This document shows positions 1 through 14,013 of a stretch of 64,000 nt of DNA, piece by piece (the first letter of the stretch is position 1; every line of letters begins with the position of its first letter). The notes beneath the pieces are model-generated. The model saw only the letters and a list, made by a program, of their open reading frames with translations, did not search any database and had not been told where the DNA came from. The stretch comes from Eledone cirrhosa (taxonomy: Eukaryota), in contig OZ024744.1 of NCBI GenBank assembly GCA_964016885.1, positions 48,360,001 through 48,424,000 on the forward strand, read 5' to 3'. Both the position numbers and the translations under genes were made by a program.

Positions 1-36
<36 letters not shown>

Positions 37-583
37 GCATATATATATATATATATGAATATATATATGTATATATATATATATATATATACACACAGGC
101 ACACATACACACAAACACGTATATATATATATATATAAATGTATGTCAGGCATGGGGGAAAGGATGCCCCCACCCTGCAGGGCAAGGCAGGTAGTGAGAG
201 GAGGCCCGACCCCCCTCAGGGCTAGGGGAGAGGACCCACTAAAATGTTCAAATAGCATGAAATTACTGGGACCCCCTAAACAATTAGTTTTCTCAAGGAG
301 CTTCAGTAGATGTACGGTGGGGGTAATACCTGCCACTTGTGGTGGTGGTGATGAGAGTTTAGGGTTAATAACCCTTTCCTTACCATTTCTCTAATGAAAG
401 ATACACACCCACACGCACGCAGGCATGTATGTGTGTGTGTGTGTTTGTGTGTATAAAACCATCAGTCACCTAAACTTAAAGGTAAATATATATACCCCAA
501 TCAAAAGTTATCCAGGAATGTAATTAAATGTAAAAACAGTTGATCCCACAAAGGGATCTTTATACCAGAGACTTGTCAACTGT

Positions 584-1315
584 AAACTCAGTCAACACAG
601 TATCAAGGTATGACATACATACTAAGACTAAATTATATACATAATATTTAACTAAGACTGTCAATTGTCTTAACTTCAACATAGATACATCTAGAACAAA
701 CTAAAGTTGTCTACAAACTCAGTCAACACAGTATCAAGGTATGTCATTTAACTAAGACTGTATGACATATATATATATATAACTAAGACTGTCAATTGTC
801 TTAACTTCAACATAGATACATCTAGAACAAACCAAAGTTGTCTAAAAACTCAGTCAACACAGTATCAAGGTATGACATTTAACTAAGACTGTATGACATA
901 TATATATATATAACTAAGACTGTCAATTGTCTTAACTTCAACATAGATACATCTAGAACAAACCAAAGTTGTCTAAAAACTCAGTCAACACAGTATCAAG
1001 GTATGACATTTAACTAAGACTGTATGACATATATATATATATAACTAAGACTGTCAATTGTCTTAACTTCAACATAGATACATCTAGAACAAACTAAAGT
1101 TATCTACAAACTCAGTCAACACAGTATCAAGGTATGACATTTAACTAAGACTGTATGACATATATATATATATAACTAAGACTGTCAATTGTCTTAACTT
1201 CAACATAGATACATCTAGAACAAACTAAAGTTATCTACAAACTCAGTCAACACAGTATCAAGGTATGGCATACACAGTAAGACTGTCAATAATATATCTA
1301 GAAAAAACCAAAGTT
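584..1315. repeat. 131-bp tandem repeat, ~5.5 copies
   Basis: AAACTCAGTCAACACAGTATCAAGG recurs at 584, 715, 846, 977, 1108 and 1239 (exact 131-bp period). Confidence 0.95.
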
Positions 1316-1584
1316 ATTGATGAACTCAAGCAAGCGTTATCCATAGACCACATCCAGTCTTTACAAGGAAAAATAAAAAAATCACAGATGAATTTCTAAA
1401 CCCTGACCCAACACTCTTGGCAAAACAACAACTGACTTGCAACAATTACTGGTATAGGGATGATGGAAATCATCAGACAACAGCCTTCAAATTATGAAGT
1501 TTCTATGAAATAACACACACACATATATATATATGTGTGTGTGTGTGTGTATGTGTCTATGTGTGTGTGTGTGTGTGTGTGTGT

Positions 1585-1737
1585 ATCCCAGGTTCAATCG
1601 ACGGTAACCACAGTAAGTAAGGTATCAATATGTAGCAGAGTATATATATATATAATATAGAAATTACTTCTACAGGAATAGAACTGTTTCATTCAAATCA
1701 AACAGTTCTAGTCTTGTAGAAGCCATTTTTATATTAT
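1585..1737 (-). mobile_element. PLE terminal-repeat fragment (family F2) with fold-back of the hammerhead 3' half
   Basis: Homologous to 8316-8420, 12951-13014 and 28745-28860. Inverted arms CTTCTACAGGAATAGAACTGTTT / AAACAGTTCTAGTCTTGTAGAAG. Confidence 0.7.
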
Positions 1738-1754
1738 ATATATATAAGTGGGAC

Positions 1755-1822
1755 TACCCCCGTCCAAACCCATGCAAGCGTGGAACACGGACGTTAAACG
1801 TTGATGATGATGATGATGATGA

Positions 1823-1826
<4 letters not shown>
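1755..1826 (+). mobile_element. Very short RTE LINE/SINE 3'-end stub with (GAT)n tail
   Basis: CCCATGCAAGCGTGGAACACGGACGTTAAACG+(GAT)n matches the RTE ends at 4562-4617 and 53121-53162. Confidence 0.8.
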
Positions 1827-1857
<31 letters not shown>

Positions 1858-2004
1858 GGGGTAGAACACTGGAAGGTAATATCCATAGTGGTAGAGCACT
1901 CAGTCCATGGGATAAGTTAGGTAGAAGGTCCATTACGACATGAGGATCCACTAAGGTGAAACAATTGTTCTCAGTATGGTGAACTAACTGTTGTGTAACC
2001 ACTT

Positions 2005-2078
<74 letters not shown>

Positions 2079-2299
2079 GTCCATCTGAATTAGTGTTCTA
2101 GTTTTTCGATTAACAGAACAGCCTGCTCTTGAAATTAAAGTACAAGTGTCTGAGCATTCCACAGGCACATATATGCTTAACATAATTCTCAGGCAGTTTC
2201 AACATGACAGGTACAGACCACCTGACAGCATTCCATACAGTTTATATTTGCCCATTTTCTCTTCCTAAGCATGAGTTAACCCATGGCTATGTACACTTG

Positions 2300-2730
2300 C
2301 CCTTAACAACAAAAGGTTTCTTTAAATGAATGAAGGGGTAGCTGTATGATGCATGAGTGTGAAATGCAATGCTGCATGTAAGTGAAACATGGGCAGAGAA
2401 TTCAATGGATACTTGCTTCAGAAGATATGTGAACTAAATTTAGATGAACAGTGAAGCATGGATGAGCTGAGAGAAACTGGATAAAAGAGATAAAACATGT
2501 TGTGTACAGAAGAGAAAACTGTGCTAGTGGTATGGTTATGTCATGTATGGATGAAGAAGTGACAGGAGTTCCCGGTGGAAGGAAACTGCGGAAGAAGAAA
2601 ACCAAGAGAGACCTAGGCAAAAGTGGTGAGAGTAATTCTCAAAACCCTGAGCCTTACAGAGAAGACAAAGGACTACAACAGGAATAGAGTTGTCCAACTC
2701 ATGCAAGCATATAAAAGTGAACATAAATAG
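2300..2730 (+). mobile_element. Degenerate RTE LINE 3' fragment
   Basis: Decayed match to the RTE C-terminal region (LYDA..MLH.SETW, WYG.V, GR.RK) and to the 3' terminus. Confidence 0.7.
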
Positions 2731-2731
2731 C

Positions 2732-2780
<49 letters not shown>

Positions 2781-2865
2781 CTAATTTGCACTTGTACAAA
2801 CTCACTAAGAGATTGCTTCACTATATTAATGGTTTCAAACTCAGCTCTTATCTATATATATATAT

Positions 2866-4617
2866 AACTATAGAGGTATAAGGAAACAATAGAGGTATAA
2901 AGCTGATGGACCAGGTCATGAAAGTAACAGAAAGAGTTATAGCACAGTTAATTAGGGACCGGGTGAAACTTGATGATATGCAATTTGGGTTTTTGCCAGG
3001 AAGAGGCACCACTGATGCCCTCTTCCTTGTGAGGCATTTACAGGAAAAGTACCTAGCTAAAAGAAAGCCACTCTATCTGGCATTCGTCGATCTGGAAAAA
3101 GCCTTCGACAGAGTTCCCCGTGATATAATCTGGTGGGCTCTTAGAAAACTAGGAGTAGATGAATGGCTTGTGAAAGCGGTACAAGCCATGTATAGGGGAG
3201 CAGTCAGCAAAGTTAGGATTAGTAATGAGCATAGCGAGGAATTTAGCATACAGGTCAGTGTCCACCAGGGCTCTGTTCTTAGCCCTCTCCTGTTCATCAT
3301 AATCCTGCAGGCAATAACGGAGGAGTTTAAGACCGGATGCCCATGGGAACTCCTGTATGCAGATGACCTCGCACTTATAGCTGAATCTATGGTAGAACTA
3401 GAGAAGAAATTCCAAACTTGGAAGCAGGGACTAGAAAGAAAGGGTCTCAAAGTCAACATGACAAAGACTAAGGTCCTTGTAAGTAGATGAGAAAACAGAA
3501 ACCAGATCCCTCAGGGAAATGGCCTTGCTCAGTATGTAGGAAAGGTGTAGGTAGGAACTCCATTCTCTGCCCCAAATGCAAACAATGGGTACACAAGAGA
3601 TGTAGCGGGATCTCAGGAAGCTTAACTAAGAATGTAGGCTTCACATGTAGCAGCTGTGCTGCGACAGCAAGCAGCAAATAGCCACAGGAAACAAGTACCA
3701 CCAAACTCTGGGAGGGCTCTGTAGAAACAGTAGACAGCTTCTGCTACCTAGGTGACTGAATTAGCAGCGGAGGTGGGTGTTCGGAAAGTACAATAACTAG
3801 GGTAAGAACGGGATGGAAGAAGTTCAGGGAACTACTGCCACTGTTAGCTGAAAAAGGCTTTTCCCTCAAAATGAAAGGCAGACTGTATGATGCGTGTATA
3901 TGAACAGCAATGTTACATGGTAGTGAGATCTAGGCCCTGTCTGTGGAAGACTTGTGCAGATTAGAAAGAAACGAAGCCTGCATGCTCCAATGGATGTGTA
4001 ATAGTAATATACGCGAACGGCAAAGCATAAATGAATTGAGAGAGAGACTGAGAATAAAAGGAATCAAATGCTGCATGCAGGAGAGGCGGTTGCATTGGTA
4101 TGGACATGTGATGCGTATGAAGGATGACAGCTGCATAAAAAAGGTGCAGAGCACTAGAAGTCAATGGAAACTGCAGAGTGGGGAGACCCAAGAAGACCTG
4201 GGATGAGGTGATAAAAGTCGACCTTACACAATTACACCTGACACATGACTGTGACCTCTGGCGTCACGCAGTAATACAGAAGACCCGACCCCCCATGGGT
4301 ACAAGCCGAAGCTGAAGCATATAGACAATATGCCGCCCACACCCTCCCACTGCAAAGTAGACATGGAGGTGCCACGACAAAAAAGCACCCAGCCCACACT
4401 GAAAAGTGGACGTGTAGGTGCCACAGAAAAAAAGCACCCAGCACTCACTGTAAATGAGGTTGGTGTTAGGAAGGGCATCCAGCTGTAGAAATCAAGCCAG
4501 AATCAGTTCCTGTATGAGCAAGACAAGGTCAGCCGACCAGACACTGCCCACAACAGGACAACCCATGTTAGCGTGGAAGAACGGATGTAAAACGGTGATG
4601 ATGATGATGATGATGAT
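2866..4617 (+). mobile_element. 5'-truncated RTE-clade LINE (family A): RT pseudogene with PHD-finger insert, 3'UTR and (GAT)n tail
   Basis: ORF 2906-3490 has QFGF..GRGTTDA, FVDLEKAFD, HQGSVLSPLLF and LLYADD. Followed by CSVC..CPKC..WVH..C..CSSC, then WYGHVMR. In-frame stops; GAT tail at 4597-4617. Confidence 0.95.
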
Positions 4618-4704
4618 ATATATATATATACATATACATACATATACATGTATATATATATATACATATATATACATACATATACATGTATATAGTTCAA
4701 GATC

Positions 4705-5140
4705 TAGCACACTAAGTCTTATTAATTTGACGCTTGCTAGAAAAGGAAAAGGAATATTTCAACACATCAGACATTAGTCCTTCCTCAAGTAAAGTTAAGA
4801 GAAAGAGGAAGTTGGAAGGTTAAGGAGAAAGAGAAAATAAATATTTTATCAAGATGTGTGAGGGGGACATGCAAGTAGTCTGGCTAGTGTGTGTGTGTAT
4901 GGGTGGGGTGGGGGTGGGGCTGAATGTCCAGGTCTATCATTTGTACAGTTAAGATAGGGTGCATTTCATGAGTATGCATGTGGTGGGTTTATTTTGTTTG
5001 TTTTTTTGTGTGTGTGTGTATTTTTTGTTTTTGGATCATATGTGTGTATCTCTGAGCATGTGTGCAACGTTTGTGTGCATTTTGAATGGGAGTGTGTGTG
5101 TTAGTGAGTGGAGAGATATATCAAGAGCAGGAATCCTGTA
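4705..5140 (-). mobile_element. Degenerate Neptune-type PLE 3' terminal region
   Basis: CATCAGACATTAGTCCTTCCTCAAG (~4766-4790) resembles the HHR region at 20191-20226. Similar purine/GT-rich flank. Confidence 0.45.
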
Positions 5141-5596
5141 GTTGTATTCCCTAACCAACCAAACACAATGCTTTTCAATAGAAATATGGTAACAAATTCT
5201 TTTGGCAGTCTATTTCATGAGAATTATTGGTAATAGAAGAGTTAAAACCTCCCTAGAACTATTTAAACAATATTTCTCTCCATCTATTATCCAAATTTTT
5301 TTTCATCTTTTCCTCTCCTCAAATCCTGAATTCCATAATAATAATGTTATGTTCCAAACGCCAGCTTAATAATAGGGAGTGTCTTTTATTAGAAATAAGG
5401 TAACCAAAGAGTTATATGAAAGTTGTAGGAAGATATATAGTAAAGAATGGGATAAAAAGGCTGTTAAGATGATTGCCTCTGTTATTTTTAGGGATTTAGG
5501 GGCCTCTAAGATAATCACATGTCAAATGCCAACAGTGTGTAGAGGAATTTTTATAGGGGCTGTGGCATATATAGGGAACTCCATAGGAGGTTGTAG

Positions 5597-5683
<87 letters not shown>

Positions 5684-6029
5684 TGTCTGTGTGAGGGTAA
5701 ATACACATATATTCTCACACACACACACATATATATATACACATACACACACACATATATAAATATATATATACACACATATATATATACATATATATAT
5801 ATATATACATATACATACACATACATATACATATGTATGTATATGTATATATAATATATATATACATTACATACATACATATATATATATATTTATATAT
5901 ATATATGTGTGTGAATGTGAATATATGTGTATTTACCCACACATATATATACATATTTCAAAACTGACATGCTATTAATATACATACCACACATAGCAGA
6001 TGTATGTATGTAAGTATATATATATATAA

Positions 6030-6187
<158 letters not shown>

Positions 6188-6223
6188 GGTAGCGTGGAAA
6201 ATGGACGTTAAACGATGATGATG

Positions 6224-6264
<41 letters not shown>

Positions 6265-6514
6265 TATATACATATATATATACATATATGTATACATTCG
6301 TACATATATATAAATATACACACATAAAAATGGCACTCCCTCACAGGGATGAGTGCACAAGTTATTCAATCAATGGAACAGATGTGCAAGTGGGTGAGGC
6401 TGAGCACTTCACAGAGATGAGTACCATTAATGTAGTTCTCAGGGAGATTCAGCTTGATACAGAATGTCACAAGGCAGACTCATTAATTACAGGTATAACA
6501 TTAATTACAGGTAT

Positions 6515-6652
6515 AACTCTATTTTACCATCTGTGTGTGCAGTCCCAATGTGAAATGAAGTGTCTTGCTCAAGACCACCTGGTTCCAGGGACTGAACTCA
6601 AGACTTTACAATCATTAGTGGTATACCCTAACCACTAAGCCACGTGCCTTCA
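6515..6652 (-). mobile_element. tRNA-derived SINE fragment (head plus central domain)
   Basis: Minus strand GGCACGTGGCTTAGTGGTTAGGG...GAGTTCAGTCCC...CTTGAGCAAGACACTT: A/B boxes plus the domain shared with 18055-18395. Confidence 0.8.
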
Positions 6653-6838
6653 CTACATACATACATACATACATACATACATACATACGTAGACACACAC
6701 AAATATGTACATACAAAATTGTACATATGTATGTATATTTAGATAAAGCCTGCATTCACTAAATGAAGCTAAGCTTCACTAAGCTCTGTCAAAAACAGGA
6801 TATGTATAAATACATACATAAATATGTTTATGTGTATG

Positions 6839-6881
<43 letters not shown>

Positions 6882-6890
6882 TTATATATG

Positions 6891-6955
<65 letters not shown>

Positions 6956-7017
6956 AAATATATATATAAATAAATATATGTGTGTCTATACTTATATATA
7001 TATATATATATAAGTAT

Positions 7018-7068
<51 letters not shown>

Positions 7069-7177
7069 CATATTTTTTAGGGTGTAGAAATGACAAAACA
7101 AACATAGGCACTGTGTTAAAGTGATTAAATACACCCATATGAGATAGTCATTATGCCTTTCAGGGGGTATATATATG

Positions 7178-7257
<80 letters not shown>

Positions 7258-7282
7258 TATATATATATATATATATATAAAC

Positions 7283-7383
<101 letters not shown>

Positions 7384-7388
7384 CATAC

Positions 7389-7457
<69 letters not shown>

Positions 7458-7517
7458 TATATACACACATATATATATATACACATATATATATATGTGT
7501 ATATATATATATACACA

Positions 7518-7549
<32 letters not shown>

Positions 7550-7850
7550 CATACACACACACACACATGCACACTTGGGTGGGCATTCTAGACAAAGATG
7601 TATATATGTACATGTGTATATGTGTAAGTGTGTATACATAGACACATGTCTTTATGTTTGTTTACACAAATGTGTGTATATATATATGTATATGAATATA
7701 TATGTATATGTATAATTATATATATATTCTGAGGTGTCTGTAAACATCCAACATATACTAAAAAAAAATGTATATATATATAAACATATATATATATATA
7801 TATTTACATATATAAATCTATATATATGTAAATATATCCATCTATCTAGC

Positions 7851-7897
<47 letters not shown>

Positions 7898-8137
7898 AAA
7901 CATATATATAGTGGGTTGGGAGGGGGGGAGGCTCGGTTGCCATAGAAACCATGCCAAAAATATAGGAGACTCACCAGAATCACATCATCTTTCTAAGCAA
8001 GAGGGTGGAATCCCTGAGTATGAATTGTCTTGATCTGTGATATCTGCTTGTATCTATATGTGTGTGTGTGTATATATGTATGTATATATATATATATATA
8101 TACATATATATAATATATATACATACATATACATATA

Positions 8138-8295
<158 letters not shown>

Positions 8296-8315
8296 TATAC
8301 ATATATATATATATA

Positions 8316-8420
8316 AGTTATTCCGGGTTGAATCAGAGGTAACCACAGTAAGTAAGGTACTCAATATATAGCAGAGTATAAAAGTTTTAATATAGAAGAA
8401 CTCCCTGATTTCTCACGAAT
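8316..8420 (-). mobile_element. PLE terminal-repeat stub (family F2)
   Basis: GGTAACCACAGTAAGTAAGGTACTCAATAT is shared with 1604-1630 and, inverted, with 28810-28838. Confidence 0.7.
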
Positions 8421-8433
8421 GGACTCTCTCTCC

Positions 8434-8511
<78 letters not shown>

Positions 8512-8551
8512 CTGTATATATATATATATATATATATACATATATACATAT

Positions 8552-8880
<329 letters not shown>

Positions 8881-9493
8881 TGTTAAGTAAGTATGTTTTA
8901 AGTTTATAAATGTATTATCTAAATATATGTGTTTATATATATATGTGTGTGTGTGTGTATATTATGTGGCCATTCTTGGGTCATTCTAAACCTCACACTC
9001 TCTCTCTCCCTTCCTACATACACAGAGAGAGAGAGAGAGAGATTCAGAATGCGTGTGTGTGTGTGTGTAAATTTGTATATATATATATATATATATATAT
9101 ATGTTTACACGCAGACACATAGATATCTATATATATATCTATACAGACAGATAGACAGATAGTTTATATATACATATTATACAACACCGCAGAAGGGACA
9201 AACCACTTAAGCATGTCCCCTGATCTCCAAAGATGTCACAATCGTTTAGTAACGAAGGTAGAATTAAATTAGCAACAACGAGAATATCGCATGTAACGAA
9301 CGTAGATTAGTTTTGATTGCTTGCTCGTAATTAAATAAACTTTCTATTGTGTCGTGTGTATATATATGTACATATATAGTGTGATTACGGTGTGTTGAAT
9401 GTGTGTGTGTGTGTGCGTATTGGCTTAATTATGTATGTGTATATAAGTGGTACATATAGTGTTGACAAGGTATATATGTGTGTGTGTGTGTAT

Positions 9494-9535
<42 letters not shown>

Positions 9536-9548
9536 TATTATATATATC

Positions 9549-9750
9549 AGGATTTAACCAGTACTAAACTAGTAAGACCATTATTCAGCAGAGTACTCGA
9601 TACTTGAGATAGCTGTGTGTGACTATAGTAAAAAATAGTCAGGATCCAACGGCTGAGCTCCTGCCGTTTCGACAGCTAATTCCAGACTCTTGACTATGGA
9701 ATTAGCTATTGAAACGGCATGAGCTCAGCCGTCTGCCCCGACTCTTTATA
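9549..9750 (-). mobile_element. F1-related fold-back element (diverged subfamily)
   Basis: ACGGCTGAGCTC..GCCGTTTCGACAGCTAATTCCA-loop-TGGAATTAGCTATTGAAACGGC..GAGCTCAGCCGT. Shares the GAGTACTCGATACTT motif. Confidence 0.75.
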
Positions 9751-9766
9751 GTACACACTCACACAT

Positions 9767-9887
<121 letters not shown>

Positions 9888-9943
9888 ATATATATATTTA
9901 TTATCTATATATATATACACATATATATAATATACATATATAT

Positions 9944-10043
<100 letters not shown>

Positions 10044-10207
10044 AATAAAAATAATAAAATTTTATGCAAACATGTTTTACTGTCACCCTTTTTCCGGATC
10101 TTCATATATATATTTACGAAAGCAAAAATTGTTTACTTAAACTTCTAATTTGTTCTAATAATAATAAATAAATATGTGTGTATATATAAATATATGTATG
10201 TATGTAT

Positions 10208-10250
<43 letters not shown>

Positions 10251-10253
10251 GAG

Positions 10254-10289
<36 letters not shown>

Positions 10290-10399
10290 CATACACTCCA
10301 CTTTCCAAAGTAGAGTGTATGTATGTAACTGCACATGGTCTTAGTAGTTTAAACTGGTCTCTCTCTCTCTCTCTGTATATATGCATATATAGAGAGATA

Positions 10400-10482
10400 G
10401 AGGTTAAATCCCGACCGCGGCGCATTTCCAAATGCATCGAGCACTCCCTTGATTAGTGGTCTCGGTCTCAGCACTGCAGACT
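10400..10482 (+). mobile_element. Short terminal stub (family F3) with an inverted 5' piece
   Basis: ATGCATCGAGCACTCCCTTGATTAGTGGTCTCGGTCTCAGCAC matches the reverse complement of 58391-58445. AGGTTAAATCCCGACCG matches 58453-58470 directly. Confidence 0.65.
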
Positions 10483-10490
10483 CTCCCCGA

Positions 10491-10529
<39 letters not shown>

Positions 10530-10667
10530 CAGTATATGATATTTATACATGTCTGTGTTTGTGTGTGAATCATGCAAATATACATACGTATGTATACACA
10601 CACATACACTCACACACACACTCACACTCACACACATGTATATCTATATATAAATATCTATACATAC

Positions 10668-10728
<61 letters not shown>

Positions 10729-10769
10729 CATATGTATATATATGCATATATTATATGTATATATATATA

Positions 10770-10819
<50 letters not shown>

Positions 10820-10866
10820 TATATATACATATAATATATGCATATATATATATATATATACATATG

Positions 10867-10949
<83 letters not shown>

Positions 10950-11670
10950 AGGGAGAGGGGCTGGAGTATTTAAAACACAAAACAGAGAGAGGGTGGGGGG
11001 AGGGGGAGCAAAATAAGGGAATAAATGATATGACTGCAGATAGACACCAAAAGACAAAGACAGCCCCCTGGCAGGAAGGAAAGGAATATAAAAGGTTCCC
11101 TAAGTGGCTGTAAAAAAATTAAATCAGGAGTCACAGTTAAAGTATAGAGCTCGGGAAATTAGTACACAAAAGGCTGTGGGATTAAGGGCCCAGGGATTGA
11201 TGTATGGTGTACAAAGAGTGAGGGGATCTTTCGGAAATGATGAATTTAGAAGTGGGTTTTAAGAGGGTATGGAGGAGAATGTCTTGAATTAAGGGTTTGC
11301 TGTGTGCTTTTATTTATAATATATATTCTTTTATTCTTTCATTTAGTTTTAGGGGATTTCGGGAGGAGTGGGGTGGTAGAGATGGGGGGCCAAGATATTT
11401 CATCATAAGACTAAGGCCATACTGGGGTCCCACCTTGTTTTAGGGCTCAGTAATTATTTGTTTTAGTTTTTTTTTTTTCAAATCTCCTTATTTTAATTAT
11501 CACTATTTTGTGGAACATAAACACAGGCACAAATGTAACGCACACACATACACACACACATACACACACACACATAGACACTCACACTCACACATACAGA
11601 CTCACACATACACACAAGCACACACACACACAAACATATATATACCACATACACACACATATATATATAT

Positions 11671-11850
11671 AATTGTTTCTACTTTTTGGCACAAGGCCAG
11701 CAATTTCCCAGCGCATTACTGGTACTTTATTTTATCGACCCCGTAAGGATGAAAGGCAAAGTCAACCTCGGCGGGATTTGAACTCAGAATGGCAAGGGCC
11801 GTAACTCTATGCGTCAAAGCATGGCGTCCAACCCTCTACCAATACAGCCA
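11671..11850 (-). mobile_element. tRNA-derived SINE (family S1)
   Basis: Reverse complement of 32006-32196. B box GAGTTCAAATCCC; central GCCTTTCATCCTTACGGGGTCGATAAAATAAAGTACC. Confidence 0.92.
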
Positions 11851-12055
11851 TATATATATATATAATCAAGAAAAGAAAGGAACCCGACGTAAATAAATTT
11901 CTCAGTAGATAAGGTACATGTTTTAATTTCGTAATGACTACAGGATTAGAATTGTTTCGTTCATTTGCAATCATCAAGAAAATCCCGATGATTTTAAAAG
12001 AACCTTTCCGACGGAGATACTTCATTTACACACACACACATATATATATATATAT

Positions 12056-12254
12056 GAAAAGAGCCAGGACCCCGACGGATGAGCTCCGGTCGTTTCGACA
12101 GCTAGATTCGAATGTTCGAATCTAGCTGTCGAAACGACCTTGAGCTCAGCCGTCGGGGTCCTGGCTCTTTTTCTATTACACACTCTACTACCCTAAGTAT
12201 CGAGTACTCTGGTGCGTTATGGTCCACCTGGTTCCTTACCACACTTCCTTCGTT
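12056..12254 (+). mobile_element. Fold-back element (family F1)
   Basis: Inverted arms 12056-12112 / 12115-12172, followed by the F1 tail. Confidence 0.85.
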
Positions 12255-12284
12255 ATATATATATGTATGTGTGTGTGTGTATAA

Positions 12285-12335
<51 letters not shown>

Positions 12336-12389
12336 TGAGTGTGTGTGTGTGCGTGTGTGTGTGTGTGTGTGTGTCTGCGTGCCTGTGCG

Positions 12390-12950
12390 TGTAAAAGGTA
12401 AACAGAAATAACAAAAATAACAAAACAAACGGTGCAGTATATGGAAGGAATATATTAGTTTAACACATGAAATAGCAGGAAAGATTCTTAACGTTTCAGA
12501 CGCTAGTCCTTCATCAAAAGAAAGAATGAGAAATTGGAAAAATTGAAGGGACGGGTGGGGCGGAAAAAAATTATTTTAGAGAAAAGTAACAGATCCGTTC
12601 ATGTTGCCTTCTCTTGGAAAACTGTTGGTGTTGGCGTTTTGTGTATGATATACTTTTTTTGAAAAGTGGATGATGGAGCGCGTCTATCTGAGAAGGAAGA
12701 AAACAGTGTTGTATATAGAGCTATACATGTGCGCGTGCGTATACGTGTGTGTGTATGTGTGTTATTATACGTCCGTACAAAGCTAAGAGGATATGTGCGT
12801 GTATATGTAAGTAAAGGGGTGTGTGTGTACTTGTAAGTACGAAGCTGTGAGCAAATGTATATGTATATAAGGGAGTGAGTGTGTGTGTGTGTACAGCTGT
12901 GAAGGTAAATGTAGAGGAGTGTGTGCGCTTTTTTTTAGTGCATATATATG
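12390..12950 (-). mobile_element. Solo Neptune-type PLE 3' terminal repeat
   Basis: Colinear homology with 20103-20610, including the minimal HHR (12486-12521, core TTGATGA). Confidence 0.88.
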
Positions 12951-12963
12951 TTTAATATAAAAA

Positions 12964-13014
12964 AGCTTCTACAGGACTAGAACTGTTTCATTCGTGAGAA
13001 GTCATCAGGAAGCT
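12964..13014 (-). ncRNA. Type I hammerhead ribozyme (intact, family F2)
   Basis: Minus strand: agcttc CTGATGA c-ttc-tcac-gaa-t GAAA cag-ttctagtc-ctg TA gaagct. 6-bp helix I, predicted cleavage after GUA. Confidence 0.85.
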
Positions 13015-13399
13015 GACTGTCCAAGTAAATATGGTGGTAATTATATCTTTTCTGGTGGTAGGAGAGGGTGGGGATTGGGATCGGTGGAGGTCATTGGTTG
13101 ATGGGTTTAAAGAAATTCTTTAAAAGCTAATTCTTTAAAGCTGTATTTAGTAGTCCTTTTCTCACTTACAACTGCTGGGGCCAGACGTGTGTCTTTTCTC
13201 TTGCCCACACAGTCTTGAACTTAAGTTCTCTCATCGTGTGGTCTTGGATTTTCTTACCTTAAATTGCTCGCACATGGCTCGGTTTGTTGGGTTTTTTTCG
13301 CTGTTTTCTCTTTTCTTCCCTTTTGTTTTCCTTCCCTCACTCCTCCGTTTTCCCAGTCACTTATCCTGTTATTGACGCTCTAGGCGGTAGATATCTTGT

Positions 13400-13650
13400 C
13401 TTTAAAGCATGGAAATATCCGAGACCCCCAGTAGACAACTGATGAGGACCTTAAATGGAAAATACTCCAGAAAGCGCTTTCATACAAGGGACGACACAAG
13501 TGCTGCGACCTTTGTATTTCAGAGAGCTACTAGATACTATTTGCCAAGGTCCCGACACTGAACAAACTCTCTGAACACTGCCCGAATTGCATGCACAAAA
13601 ACTTTGCAACTTTCAAATTTCTTAAGCCAGTGTTGATGCCAGATGGCTAA
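13400..13650 (+). pseudogene. Naiad-type Penelope-like element, C-terminal endonuclease fragment
   Basis: Translates LKWKILQKALSYKGRHKCCDLCISESY*ILF...LNKLSE..PNCMHKN, matching the W.IL..A..Y....C.LC..E...I...LNK..E....C.H pattern. Internal stop. Confidence 0.7.
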
Positions 13651-13902
13651 AAAATAAAAAAATAAAAATATCCTCTCCACCTCCATTCCACCTTACCCCT
13701 ACCCCCATCTCGACCAGCCTCAGGGCATTATGGTTATGTAAGTACTTACCTATCTGCTTTTTCCACATATATAACATAGTTCATTGAATGCATGTATATA
13801 TGTATGTATGTGTGTATTTGTTTATGTATATGAATGTTTAAGTGTGTATGTATGTGTATGGACGTGTGTGTATATGTGTATATATGTATATGTGCGTATG
13901 TA

Positions 13903-13979
<77 letters not shown>

Positions 13980-13982
13980 GTA

Positions 13983-14013
<31 letters not shown>

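Noticed and set aside
143-394. 83-aa ORF in GC-richer unique sequence
   Set aside because: No recognisable domain or exon structure; length is within chance expectation.
1935-1975. ATGAGGATCCACTAAGGTGAAACAATTGTT hammerhead-like remnant
   Set aside because: A palindromic helix III is present, but the CUG of the core and helix I are missing; too degenerate to call.
5335-5598. Possible PLE endonuclease remnant on the minus strand (also 11000-11310 and 46700-46800)
   Set aside because: Only scattered motif-like words across frames; cannot be supported without a profile search.
13439-13475. CTGATGAGGACC...GAAA as a hammerhead
   Set aside because: Helix II and helix I do not pair, and the sequence lies in the PLE coding frame (TDEDLKW).
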